A DNA stretch of 61,605 nucleotides, filler included, from an uncultured bacterium (GTDB lineage Bacteria; Hinthialibacterota; Hinthialibacteria; Hinthialibacterales; Hinthialibacteraceae): NCBI GenBank assembly GCA_964449065.1. It is 20 parts of 20 records of this genome, joined end to end, with 100 filler letters (N's around TTAATTAATTAA, not from the genome) between each part and the next. Parts side by side here need not be neighbours in the genome. Positions count along the whole stretch, not along the records: positions 49,854 to 52,731 come from CAYVAZ010000488.1; positions 52,832 to 55,696 come from CAYVAZ010000489.1; positions 55,797 to 58,653 come from CAYVAZ010000490.1; positions 58,754 to 61,605 come from CAYVAZ010000491.1; 16 more parts are not named here. The stretch is one strand, 5' to 3'. The position numbers and the translations under genes were made by a program. The notes under the pieces are model-generated. The model had not been told where the DNA came from. It searched no databases and saw only the letters and a program-made list of their open reading frames with translations. Positions 50,540 to 60,100 of this stretch are shown here, in pieces; within the stretch, counting starts at the first letter, position 1; every line of letters starts with the position of its first letter.

Positions 50540-51901
50540 ATGAATAAGAAACCTCTTGAGAATCATTCTATCTCCTTCTCATTCATCTTGATTGCCGGAT
50601 TGCTTTCCTCTCTCGGCTATTTCTATATCGCCATGCTGTCGGGAGAGGCGCTGCATCCCCGCTGGGCAGAAGATGAGGCCATCACGCGTTTTCTGTTTAC
50701 GATGGGATTCTTGTTCGTGATTTACGGAGTGCTGGTTTGGAAACTGCTGGATGGCAAAAAACTGGAACCTTCCACTTTTTGGCTCTCGATTGGTTTGGCT
50801 GTCGCATTCCGTTTGATCTTGTTGCCGGGTGAGTTGATTTTAGAGAATGATATTTACCGGTATCTTTGGGATGGGCATACCAGTCTGCAAGGCATCAATC
50901 CGTTTCAGTATGCTCCCGATGACGCGAATACAGAACCTTACCGGACAGGGTATTGGGCGTCGATTAACTTTCCTTATGTACCGACCATATATCCTCCAAC
51001 GCTGCAATTTTTGTTTATGGCCACGCAGTTGGTTTTTCCTGCAAGCATTGTGGGGATGAAGTTTGTGTTGATCCTGTTTGATTTAGGCACGATTGTTCTT
51101 CTCTACTTCTTGCTGAAAAACCTGACGCTGCCGAAAGAGTGGTGTTTGATCTACGCCTGGTCGCCGTTGGTGATGAAGGAGATCGCCAATTCAGGCCATG
51201 CGGATTCGGTGACGGCGTTTTTGTTGACCGCAACATTGCTTTTGCTGACGCACAAGAGGATTTTATTCAGCGCGGTAGTCATGGCCATGTGCGTGTTGAC
51301 GAAGTTCTTCGGCATCCTGTTGATTCCATTGCTGTTTCGCTGGTGGTGGTGGAAAGGGTATGCGGTTTTCGCGGTGACGGTATTTCTGATGTACATTCCG
51401 TTTTACGATCCCGGCATCAACCCGTTTGAAGGGTTTATCACCTTCTCGGAGGAATGGCGGTTTAACGCCGGTTTGTTTATGTTGGTGGAGAATCTACTCT
51501 TCCAATCGAGAGTCGCAGGCTATTTTGAAGCGGAAAAAGTTACACGTTATTTGATGTTTTGTGTGATTGTAGGTGTTGTGGTATGGCAAAGTATTCGCGT
51601 GTATTTCCATCCGATCAATCAATCGCTGATCAAAGGGGTGTTTGTTGTGTTGGGCGCTTTGCTGCTTTGTTCTCCGGTCATCAATGTGTGGTATTTGGTA
51701 TGGATTGTCCCCATCCTTTGTGTGAATCCCAACCGTCCCTGGCTGTTGTTTACCGCTCTGGTGTTTTTATCATACACTTATTACTACGAATATCTGTTCT
51801 ACGATTGGGTGAAGTTGGTGGAGTTCGGCGTGTTGTTCCTGGTGCTGCTGGATGATTGGTTGTGGAATTGGGTATCGGGTGGGTTTTATAAGGGAAGTTA
51901 A
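50540..51901 (+). CDS. GT-C membrane glycosyltransferase-like protein (GT87/MptB-like)
   Basis: DIYRYLWDG, INPF..AP, TIYPP, YAWSPL..E...GH.D, W.FN, WYLVW. Confidence 0.8.
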   Translation: MNKKPLENHSISFSFILIAGLLSSLGYFYIAMLSGEALHPRWAEDEAITRFLFTMGFLFVIYGVLVWKLLDGKKLEPSTFWLSIGLAVAFRLILLPGELILENDIYRYLWDGHTSLQGINPFQYAPDDANTEPYRTGYWASINFPYVPTIYPPTLQFLFMATQLVFPASIVGMKFVLILFDLGTIVLLYFLLKNLTLPKEWCLIYAWSPLVMKEIANSGHADSVTAFLLTATLLLLTHKRILFSAVVMAMCVLTKFFGILLIPLLFRWWWWKGYAVFAVTVFLMYIPFYDPGINPFEGFITFSEEWRFNAGLFMLVENLLFQSRVAGYFEAEKVTRYLMFCVIVGVVVWQSIRVYFHPINQSLIKGVFVVLGALLLCSPVINVWYLVWIVPILCVNPNRPWLLFTALVFLSYTYYYEYLFYDWVKLVEFGVLFLVLLDDWLWNWVSGGFYKGS

Positions 51902-52368
51902 CTCTTTTTGGATTTCCCGATTCCATATCCCCCTAAAGTACCGCCAAATAATCCGCCAAGGCCAGTGAGAATAGGAATAAGAACATCGGATTTATCTTTG
52001 AAAATATATAAAATTGCTAAAGTCAACAATACACAAATGACAAAAGTCCAAAACAAATAGCGTCTATTTTCTTTGTTGTCAACATGTTCATTCTCTTGTG
52101 ACCTTTTAATAACATCATGATCTCTTTCATCATGCTTTGCTGCTAAATCAAGAACTTTATCAATATGCTTTTCAGTCATTTTGCGATGCAACAAACTTCC
52201 GCTTTGGGAACTCATTTCCATCGCCATAACTTCTAAAAATTTTTCAGGTTTTTTCTCAGCTATTTTCTTTAAATTTTCTTCAGGAAAGGAGTCATTGCTT
52301 TGTTCATTCTTAGATTGTTCATTTTTTGAACTATTTGTTTGTAAATTATTATTTTCAATATCACTCAT
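51898..52368 (-). CDS. Small two-TM protein (DUF2335-like)
   Basis: Charged N-terminus, two C-terminal helices ending GGTLGGYGIGK; AT-rich. Confidence 0.6.
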   Translation of the reverse strand: MSDIENNNLQTNSSKNEQSKNEQSNDSFPEENLKKIAEKKPEKFLEVMAMEMSSQSGSLLHRKMTEKHIDKVLDLAAKHDERDHDVIKRSQENEHVDNKENRRYLFWTFVICVLLTLAILYIFKDKSDVLIPILTGLGGLFGGTLGGYGIGKSKKS

Positions 52369-52720
52369 GTTTAAATCTACCCATTATCTCTTTTAAAGAT
52401 CGTGATTTTGAGTAATCTCTTTCAAAAGCAAGTTCAAAAATTGAATCTAGGCTATTTTCAACAAATTTTGACGCAATAAACTGAAGAAGAGACTTGGCTT
52501 CGTCTTCATCCAAAATACCTTCATTTTTCATTTCTACAATTAAAGCAATTGCGCGCATAAACACTTTATGATTATATTGTTTCTTTGGAGACAAAGAAAA
52601 AGAGGAAATCAATCCTTCAACAATTTCCCATGACTTTTCTTCTTCACTTGGGGAATCCAGAGGATTGGTTTTGTATAATGATTGAGGCTCTTTTACAAAA
52701 TCGTAATCAAAAATATTCAT
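52361..52720 (-). CDS. Hypothetical protein, AT-rich
   Basis: Overlaps the next gene start by 8 nt. Confidence 0.55.
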   Translation of the reverse strand: MNIFDYDFVKEPQSLYKTNPLDSPSEEEKSWEIVEGLISSFSLSPKKQYNHKVFMRAIALIVEMKNEGILDEDEAKSLLQFIASKFVENSLDSIFELAFERDYSKSRSLKEIMGRFKHE

Positions 52721-53138
52721 TTTAAACCCGTNNNNNNNNNNNNNNNNNNNNNNNNNNNNNNNNNNNNNNNNNNNNTTAATTAATTAANNNNNNNNNNNNN
52801 NNNNNNNNNNNNNNNNNNNNNNNNNNNNNNNTGGAATTTTTTGAGAAATTCCATTTTCGCAACTTATTGAATATATTAATGGATGAGTTTTGGTGAAGCA
52901 CAACCTCCAGAATCTTTGGGGGCCTTTTTGGGGTGCACTACAGAATTTTGGCATTGCTTTTGGGGGGGGCTGTATAAATAGACATTTTTCAATGTCAATT
53001 TTTTATACTTTCAAGTAACAAAAAATGGCACAATAATCTAGTGGTTCCTACCAGGTACTTTCATTATGCCTAGTAAGTAATTTGAAAGGAATGAGTTTTG
53101 CATTTCCTCAGTTTATGGTATTTTCACTGAGAGAAAAA

Positions 53139-54125
53139 ATGAGTATTAAAGTCTTACTTATTTTAACTTTAACGCTATTTAGTTTAGTCAGCAAAGCTGG
53201 TTCGTTTGAGTTTCCCAAGACTAATAGTGGTGAAGTTAATTTGTTTGTTTTAAGTGAAGACCAAGCTCAATCAATTTCCCTTTTTCGTAACTTTGGATCT
53301 GTAAAATCGGCTGGCGGAAATTGCTATGGATTAGATCGAGTAAACCTCCTTCTTCTTACAAGAGTGTCATTTTCCATATCAGAACCAAAAGACTCATATT
53401 CTGAAATTTATCGCAAGCTCTCAATTGCTTACGATGAAAATATTAATGTGGTCATTCATGGCTATCATGACCTAAATCATTTTTTCCGTGAAATGCAAGA
53501 AAACGGCTTTGATGTTGAAAATCCTTTTAGAAAAATTATTGAACGTGTCCAGGAAAGTCAAAATATGTTTGAAAATCTTGGATTAATGCTTCATTGGTCT
53601 GAACAGTATCAAACAGGTGGCAGAATCAGCCAGAGCACCTACTTTATGCGTATGTTACAACATGGGATTCCCGTATCGATTTCCTTGACAGATAAACGAG
53701 GAGGTCACGCGGTTACAGTGGTGGGTATGAATATTGACCAGTCAAGTGGCAGAACAAATCACTTTTGGGTAAAGGACACCAACTATCCAAAAGTCCTCTC
53801 CAGATTGAAACTTTATTCTGGCTCTAGCGAATACTGGTATTATGAGCCATGGGACAATAATATAGATCGAGAGTTAGATGGTTCTGTTTTTGTTTATTTC
53901 GATCCTTATGATGAGGCAGAACTACTATTATTTTCTGCTAACTTTGATGCCCATCTAGATTTTCCAGATGACATAAAGACAATTTATCAAGTCCAAATTA
54001 GTAGCATTTCATCGTTTCTTGTGAAGAAAACATATAACTTTAATTACCAAAAAAGTATGAACCTTCTACCTTTCGAGCAACTGTTAAACCCAAAAGTACC
54101 TGTCTATCCCTATATGTCAGAATAG
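53139..54125 (+). CDS. Secreted putative papain-like cysteine peptidase
   Basis: Signal peptide; GGNCYG, GGHAVTVVG, WVKDTNYP (Cys-His-Asp order). Confidence 0.6.
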   Translation: MSIKVLLILTLTLFSLVSKAGSFEFPKTNSGEVNLFVLSEDQAQSISLFRNFGSVKSAGGNCYGLDRVNLLLLTRVSFSISEPKDSYSEIYRKLSIAYDENINVVIHGYHDLNHFFREMQENGFDVENPFRKIIERVQESQNMFENLGLMLHWSEQYQTGGRISQSTYFMRMLQHGIPVSISLTDKRGGHAVTVVGMNIDQSSGRTNHFWVKDTNYPKVLSRLKLYSGSSEYWYYEPWDNNIDRELDGSVFVYFDPYDEAELLLFSANFDAHLDFPDDIKTIYQVQISSISSFLVKKTYNFNYQKSMNLLPFEQLLNPKVPVYPYMSE

Positions 54126-54175
54126 ATGTCGCCTCAAAAATTTAATTTAAATTAGGGCGATAGGAGTCTTGACAA

Positions 54176-54646
54176 ATGAATTCACAGAAATATTCAATTG
54201 ATTTTAAGAAATCAGTGGTTCAAAAATTGTTAAATCGAGGATCTCGTACGGTAGCATCAATTATTAAGGAAACTGGGGTTCCTTCTCCAACAATCTACCA
54301 ATGGAAGTCAGATTTTGGTAATGTTGTTTCCATGAAAAAATCTATTAAAAGACCAAAAGATAGAAGCCCAGAAGATAAACTTAAACTGATTATTGAGTTT
54401 GCAAAGCTACCAGATGAAAAGCGTGGTGAGTTTTTAAGACGCGAAGGTGTTCATTTAGAACATATTAATAATTGGAAAACACAATTATGCACAACTTTAT
54501 CTCCCTCTAAACAAACCCAAGCAGAACGTTCAGAGAGGGCACAGGATAAACGTAAGATCAATGAGCTTGAACAAGATTTAAGACGCAAAGAAAAAGCTTT
54601 AGCTGAAGCTTCAGCTCTTCTTATTCTTAAAAAAAAGCCCAATTGA
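54176..54646 (+). CDS. IS3 transposase OrfA
   Basis: KYSIDFK..VV.K, TIYQWK, LE.DLRRKEKALAEASALLIL. Confidence 0.9.
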   Translation: MNSQKYSIDFKKSVVQKLLNRGSRTVASIIKETGVPSPTIYQWKSDFGNVVSMKKSIKRPKDRSPEDKLKLIIEFAKLPDEKRGEFLRREGVHLEHINNWKTQLCTTLSPSKQTQAERSERAQDKRKINELEQDLRRKEKALAEASALLILKKKPN

Positions 54647-54668
54647 TTTGGGGAACAGAGGAGGAAGA

Positions 54669-55696
54669 GTGAGCACAGAAAGTCGCATATTGTGTCTTGA
54701 ATTAATTAAAGAAGCTATAAAGAGTGGTGCTCGCAAGAAAAAAGCTTGCGAGTTATTGGGCGTTTCGCTGAGAACCGTGGAACGTTGGGAATTTAAATTA
54801 GAAGATGGCCGGAAGGGACCATTAACAAAACCAGCTCATTCTTTTACCAATGAAGAAAAAGAGAAGATTATAAAAGTAGCTAATAGTATTGAGTTTGCTT
54901 CATTAACCCCTTGGCAAATTGTACCAAAACTTGCTGATCGAGGAGAATATATTGCCAGTGAATCAAGTTTTTACCGTATTTTAAGGGAAGAACAATTGTT
55001 GGCTCATCGATCAAAATCATTACCCAAACGAGTCTATCACACTGAAGAATTTATTGCTCATAACCCGAATGAAATTTGGAGTTGGGATATCACCTATTTG
55101 CGGGCTTCTATAAAGGGAACTTTTTATTATCTTTATTTACCAATGGATGTTTTTTCTCGTTTCATAGTGCATTGGGAAGTGCATGAAAGAGAAAGTTCTG
55201 ATCTTGCATCAAAAATGATTGAACGGGCTTGTAATAAAGAAAGTATTGAACCGAATCAAATTATTCTTCACTCTGATAACGGTGGTCCGATGAAAGGAGC
55301 TACGATGCTTGCAACGCTTCAACGCCTTGGTGTTGCGCCATCATTTAGTCGTCCAAGAGTATCTGATGATAATCCTTATTCAGAAGCATTATTTAAAACA
55401 ATGAAATATTGTCCAAGCTATCCAGATCAAGGTTTTATCAGTCTTGAAGATGCCAGAAATTGGGTTAAGAAATTTGTGTATTGGTATAACTATATTCATT
55501 TACATAGTGGAATTAATTGGACTACTCCAGCATCACGTCATCAAAATCAGGATCAAATAATTTTGGAAAAACGACACGAAGTATATCAAAAGGCAAAAGA
55601 AAAAAATCCAGAACGTTGGTCAAAGCAAACACGTAATTGGTCTCGACAAAATGTAGTAGAATTAAATCCAGGAAGGAGGCTTAAAGGAAATAAAAT
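54669..55696 (+). CDS. IS3 transposase OrfB (rve integrase core), 3'-truncated
   Basis: WSWDITY, LHSDNG, SRPRVSDDNPYSEALFKT, WYN..H.HSGI..TP. Confidence 0.93.
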
Positions 55697-55984
55697 NNNN
55701 NNNNNNNNNNNNNNNNNNNNNNNNNNNNNNNNNNNNNNNNTTAATTAATTAANNNNNNNNNNNNNNNNNNNNNNNNNNNNNNNNNNNNNNNNNNNNACCC
55801 CTCCCACCTTTGGGAGGGGGAATTTCTCTTCAAGCGGCTGACCTATTACCTATCTTGTTTTCAGGAAAAAAAGTATTGTCCTGATCGCGTAAGGGCAAAA
55901 CTTTCCTGAAACTCATTTCACGCAAGAACATTGATTATGCCATAACATCTTTGGATGTATACACTTACTGCTCAAAAAAATCGG

Positions 55985-56001
55985 TTGGCACACCCGTTGC
56001 G
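55985..56001 (+). promoter_or_regulatory. Sigma-54 promoter
   Basis: TTGGCAC-ACCCG-TTGC with canonical GG-N10-GC spacing, about 37 nt upstream of ATG 56038. Confidence 0.65.
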
Positions 56002-56037
56002 CATATTCATGTTGAAATTGATTTGTGAGGGAAAAAG

Positions 56038-56292
56038 ATGCCTGTCGAACCATCCATGAATACATTCACACCGAGACCAACCTCGTTGTTTCGTCCCGTA
56101 ACACCATCCAACTTGAAGGATAATATGGGGGATGTGTTTAATCGTACCAAAGAGTTTGTCGGAGAGCAATTGGATGGTGTCACCAATATGAATCTTACCG
56201 AAAAGAAAAACCAGCTGGCAGGCAGTGAAGAAGAAAATATCCCACGATTGCAGCCGCAAGGCATGGGCAAATTTGTGGATATGTTCGTTTGA
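56038..56292 (+). CDS. Small hypothetical protein ending GMGKFVDMFV
   Basis: GAGGG RBS; sigma-54 box upstream. Confidence 0.65.
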   Translation: MPVEPSMNTFTPRPTSLFRPVTPSNLKDNMGDVFNRTKEFVGEQLDGVTNMNLTEKKNQLAGSEEENIPRLQPQGMGKFVDMFV

Positions 56293-56315
56293 TATTTATG
56301 AGTAACGCCAACGAA

Positions 56316-57206
56316 TTAAAACCGTTCTTTCACGGAATGCAGCAGCGCGGCTAAATACTCTATTTCATCGTTTGGAGATTGCTGCCGTTTCGATTCCAAC
56401 TGCTTATAATGCAGAAAAAACCCTTTTTCATTTCCATAAATGCTTTGAATAAGCAAATACAATTCATCTTCATCCGCAAATAGAGTGGAAGTATCGGCCA
56501 TGATTTGCGCGGCGGTTTCATACTCTTTGACGGCCAAATGGCATAATCCATAAGCAACCGCTTTGGAGGCGTCATCCGGATTGAGATCCAACAAACTTCG
56601 AAAATGGTTCATCGCCTCACGGTAGCGGCTTTGGCGGAAGTACTGCACTCCTTCTTCAAACAACAGCTCGCTGGGGCTGAGAATTTTGATCTCTTCCGGC
56701 TGTTCGGTTTCTACTTCCAAGGATGAGACATCCTCTTCACGGGTTCCGGCAGAAATAGAGAATTGGCCCGACAGATAGCTTTGTAGCAGTGAAGGCGGTG
56801 AAAGCAGCATCGGATGAAACGATCCACCGCCGCCCCCGCTGGAATTTCGGCTGCTGCCGTTGCTGGTTTGCCCCCCCCGTGATGAACCGCTTCGGGCAGA
56901 AGAACCCGAAGAAGGCTTGGGACTGCGCATGACCGATGACATTTGATCTAAGGCTAAGCCGTCATGATTGCTTCGAATAGTGTCTGTTTCTGTAGAACGG
57001 AAAACACGGTACCGTTCCCGGCTGTTTCGCAAGCGCAAGTTTTCCCGATAATTTTCGCGGTAATCCCTGGAAAAATTGTTGCTATTGAATATCTCCTGAT
57101 ACCGTTCCGATAAGTTGTTGCCGTCTTGCGCGAAACTATTCACCGAACCATTCAAACCAACCATGAGTAATGCCAGGGAGAATGTGTAAAGGCAGGTGGT
57201 CTTCAT
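56316..57206 (-). CDS. Secreted TPR-containing protein with Ser/Gly-rich linker
   Basis: Signal peptide; FEEGVQYFRQSRYREAM.HF...LNPDD TPR. Confidence 0.8.
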   Translation of the reverse strand: MKTTCLYTFSLALLMVGLNGSVNSFAQDGNNLSERYQEIFNSNNFSRDYRENYRENLRLRNSRERYRVFRSTETDTIRSNHDGLALDQMSSVMRSPKPSSGSSARSGSSRGGQTSNGSSRNSSGGGGGSFHPMLLSPPSLLQSYLSGQFSISAGTREEDVSSLEVETEQPEEIKILSPSELLFEEGVQYFRQSRYREAMNHFRSLLDLNPDDASKAVAYGLCHLAVKEYETAAQIMADTSTLFADEDELYLLIQSIYGNEKGFFLHYKQLESKRQQSPNDEIEYLAALLHSVKERF

Positions 57207-57228
57207 TGCTGTATCCCATTATTTTTTA

Positions 57229-57338
57229 GCGCGTTTCAGAGTTGGATAGACAGAATCTGCCGTTGTTTCCCCCTTTATTAAGGGGGGTAGGGGGGATCAA
57301 AGACAATCTCTTTCTATCTAAGCAAACCTGAATTGCTC
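57229..57338. mobile_element. MITE family B, complete copy (110 bp)
   Basis: TA|GCGCGTTTCAGAGTTG...CAAACCTGAATTGCTC|TA. Confidence 0.78.
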
Positions 57339-57392
57339 TAGAATTACTTCTATTATACAAAAAATTTCAAAAAATTATAATAGTTTTTTTCT

Positions 57393-58397
57393 TTACCGCT
57401 TCATCAACCGTTTCAGAACGCGCAGTGTACGGAACATCCAGTTCTGTTCAACCTTATCCCTCCATTGCATTTCCTCCAGCAAGCGTTGATTGAGTTGGGC
57501 GCAGGTCTCTTCCCACAAACGGATACCGGTTTCCATGCGGGCAATGTATTCCGCCGTCTCTTGTGAGGAAAATGAAGTGGTTGGAGCAGAAGATGATACG
57601 GTAGTTTGAAGCAGTTTTTGGGTTTGTTCCGCTAAAAACGATTGCAACTCCATATCAACTTGTTGCGTGTTTCCATTTGATAAGGGTATTTGATTGTTCC
57701 AATCCAATGGAGTATTTGTTTTCGAAGCAATCAAGACCGAGCGGTAAGATGGCTCCACAAAATCATGGGGATAGACGGAATCTTTGTAATAGGCATCAAC
57801 TTCCTTCGCGATTTCAATCCCAGCGGGTTTGTCTTCGATCAGCAAACCAAAGAGTTGCAGTTGCACCCATCTTTGAGTCGAAGCAACCCCTGCGTGTCCA
57901 ACATCCCAACCGATTTGTTTACATTGATCCATGATTTCATCCGTGTCCGGCAATCCATACTGGCAGTGTTCTTCCAACCATGGGTGTTTCTTGGAGTCGT
58001 ATTTTTTTCCATACGCTTGGCGAATAAACGTCTCCGCCCGCATGGTTAATGGTTCATTATGGGGAAAGGTGAGAATAAAGGCTTGCTGCGATACCCGGCC
58101 GATTTCGCGAATAAATTCCGCCCTGCGGTCCGGATGGATATGCTCCAGCACATCCAATGACACAGACACCGGAAACCCGTTATCTTGAAACGGAAGTTTT
58201 GCCGCGTCTCCCACGACCTGCTCACCGGGTGTATCCACCAATGGGTCACAAATGATCCAGCGGTATTCCGGCATCAACGCGCGCAGTCTTCCGGGATACC
58301 CGCCAACATCCAATATGAGTGAACCGGAAGGCAGCGATAGCGATTGAATGATTCTGCAAACCGTTTCGTTGCGCTGATACGCGTCGAACTCGAGCAT
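57393..58397 (-). CDS. Class I SAM-dependent methyltransferase with C-terminal coiled coil
   Basis: ILDVGG, GDAAKLPF.D, SLDVLEHI, HPWL.EH..YGLP. Confidence 0.85.
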   Translation of the reverse strand: MLEFDAYQRNETVCRIIQSLSLPSGSLILDVGGYPGRLRALMPEYRWIICDPLVDTPGEQVVGDAAKLPFQDNGFPVSVSLDVLEHIHPDRRAEFIREIGRVSQQAFILTFPHNEPLTMRAETFIRQAYGKKYDSKKHPWLEEHCQYGLPDTDEIMDQCKQIGWDVGHAGVASTQRWVQLQLFGLLIEDKPAGIEIAKEVDAYYKDSVYPHDFVEPSYRSVLIASKTNTPLDWNNQIPLSNGNTQQVDMELQSFLAEQTQKLLQTTVSSSAPTTSFSSQETAEYIARMETGIRLWEETCAQLNQRLLEEMQWRDKVEQNWMFRTLRVLKRLMKR

Positions 58398-58586
58398 GTA
58401 TGATTTCCTGTGGAATTTCTTCGATAGAGCCTCGTTGCAACACGCTCTTCATTTTTAGAATAGTGAAGGGTTCTTGCGGAAAGTCAATCCAACGTAAAAG
58501 CGAAACGTAAAAGCACAATAAAAAAGCCGCTTGTTTAAGGCAAGCGGCACAATGCAAGGGAGGTGTTGCTTTTCTTATATAAGTAA

Positions 58587-58653
58587 CTCATGTTACGTAA
58601 CGAAGAGACTGTCGTTTTTATCCCCCCTTATTAAGGGGGGGTAGGGGGGGATC
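58587..58653. mobile_element. MITE family A variant fragment at contig end
   Basis: TAA|CTCATGTTACG; matches 18972-19037. Confidence 0.7.
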
Positions 58654-58753
58654 NNNNNNNNNNNNNNNNNNNNNNNNNNNNNNNNNNNNNNNNNNNNTTA
58701 ATTAATTAANNNNNNNNNNNNNNNNNNNNNNNNNNNNNNNNNNNNNNNNNNNN

Positions 58754-59224
58754 GACGTAGGTGGTAACCCGGTTGCCGGATGCCATAATCTCATAGGTGT
58801 TCCAGCCCTCTTCGTTGAAGTACTCATCCGCTTTGGCTCGGCTGGTTCCAAGTCCCCCTCTGCCGTTTTCTTCGAGCAATGAGCCGGTGGCGTTCGGGCG
58901 GCTGATATCGAGGTTGGCTTGATAGCCGAACATTTTGCCATCGCGTATTTCGCTGCGGATTTGAATGCCGCTGTTGCCGCCCATCCATTGAAAGCGCAAA
59001 CGCAGGACGAAGTTATCGTACGTATCTTCGGTCACCAGCCAGCCCATTTCATCCCCGCCGGATTTGGAAACGATCACGCCGTCTTCAACCGTCCAGGATT
59101 GATTGCCGATTATTTTCCATCCGTCGAGGTTCTCGCCGTTGAAGAGCGGCTGCCAAAGCGTTTGTGCAAATGATGTGTTAATGATGAAAGTGCAAACAGT
59201 TGCCAATAGAACTTTTGTTTTCAT
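58754..59224 (-). CDS. DUF1080 / 3-keto-disaccharide hydrolase-like secreted protein, 3'-truncated
   Basis: LFNGENLDGW, WTVEDG, NF.LRL.F, GNSGIQIR, GYQ, WNTYEI. Confidence 0.92.
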
Positions 59225-59426
59225 GATGATCCTCAGAATGAATAAGTGATTTGTGATCCGTTTAGCAATTTTACACTTTAAAATGATTCTATCGAGACGT
59301 ATACAAGAATGTCCGCCAATTTTGATTTTCAATTGAAGGGTCTGTTAACGGTTTTTTCTGTAGCATCAGCAGGATAGTCTTCGCACAATCGATTCGAACC
59401 GTTCATTCGGATGACGGGTATTGATG

Positions 59427-59975
59427 CTAGGAAGTGTTTTGCCAAACCCGTAAAGAAATTTCAAATAGATTGCGTCTGTCATCAGACAAAGTGACAATTG
59501 GAAGAGCTTCATTGATGTCTTCGACTGTAAGTAGTTCCTGAATATCTTTTATGGTTCCCTTATCCAACACCTGTCCAATTGCCTGAAAACGTAATTCAGA
59601 ATTTTTATCATGGATATGATGGCGGAGTGCATCGATATCCACATCAGAATCTTGTTCCAAACATCCTGAAAATTGATCATCATATTCACAAGTATGTATA
59701 ACGTTTATTTCACTGAGCCGGAATTGTAGTATTTTTTTAAATATAAATCGTCTAACTTTAGGTATTTTTACTTTTGGGAGATCTTCAATTACATCTGCAA
59801 TAGTGAGAAGTTCGTTGATATCCGATTGTTGCCCTTTCTCCAAGACCCTTGCGACTGCCCACAGGTGTGCTTCGCAATTTTTGTCTTTGATGTACTGCCG
59901 CATTTGTTCGGCATCCACATCATAATCCCAAACGAGATATTTTGGTAATTCATATTCTTCTTGTTTAGTTGTCAT
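59427..59975 (-). CDS. Protein with two tandem DUF6922-like repeats
   Basis: WDYDVD...AVARVLEKG...DI.ELLTIADV repeated as DVDID...AIGQVLDKG...DIQELLTVEDI. Confidence 0.65.
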   Translation of the reverse strand: MTTKQEEYELPKYLVWDYDVDAEQMRQYIKDKNCEAHLWAVARVLEKGQQSDINELLTIADVIEDLPKVKIPKVRRFIFKKILQFRLSEINVIHTCEYDDQFSGCLEQDSDVDIDALRHHIHDKNSELRFQAIGQVLDKGTIKDIQELLTVEDINEALPIVTLSDDRRNLFEISLRVWQNTS

Positions 59976-60100
59976 TTGATAACGAGACCGATTCCCAAAT
60001 GATGTACTGATTTATCTAACACACAACCGCTCCGGTTGGAAGACGGAGCTGCCCACAATGAATATTAATCAAAAGACCACTCTAAAGGTTGCATTTTACC

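Larger units (their letters stand above)
54127..55696 (+). mobile_element. IS3-family insertion sequence (right end missing)
   Basis: TGTCGCC left end, OrfA HTH, A8G slippery site at 54629-54637, OrfB DDE. Confidence 0.92.
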
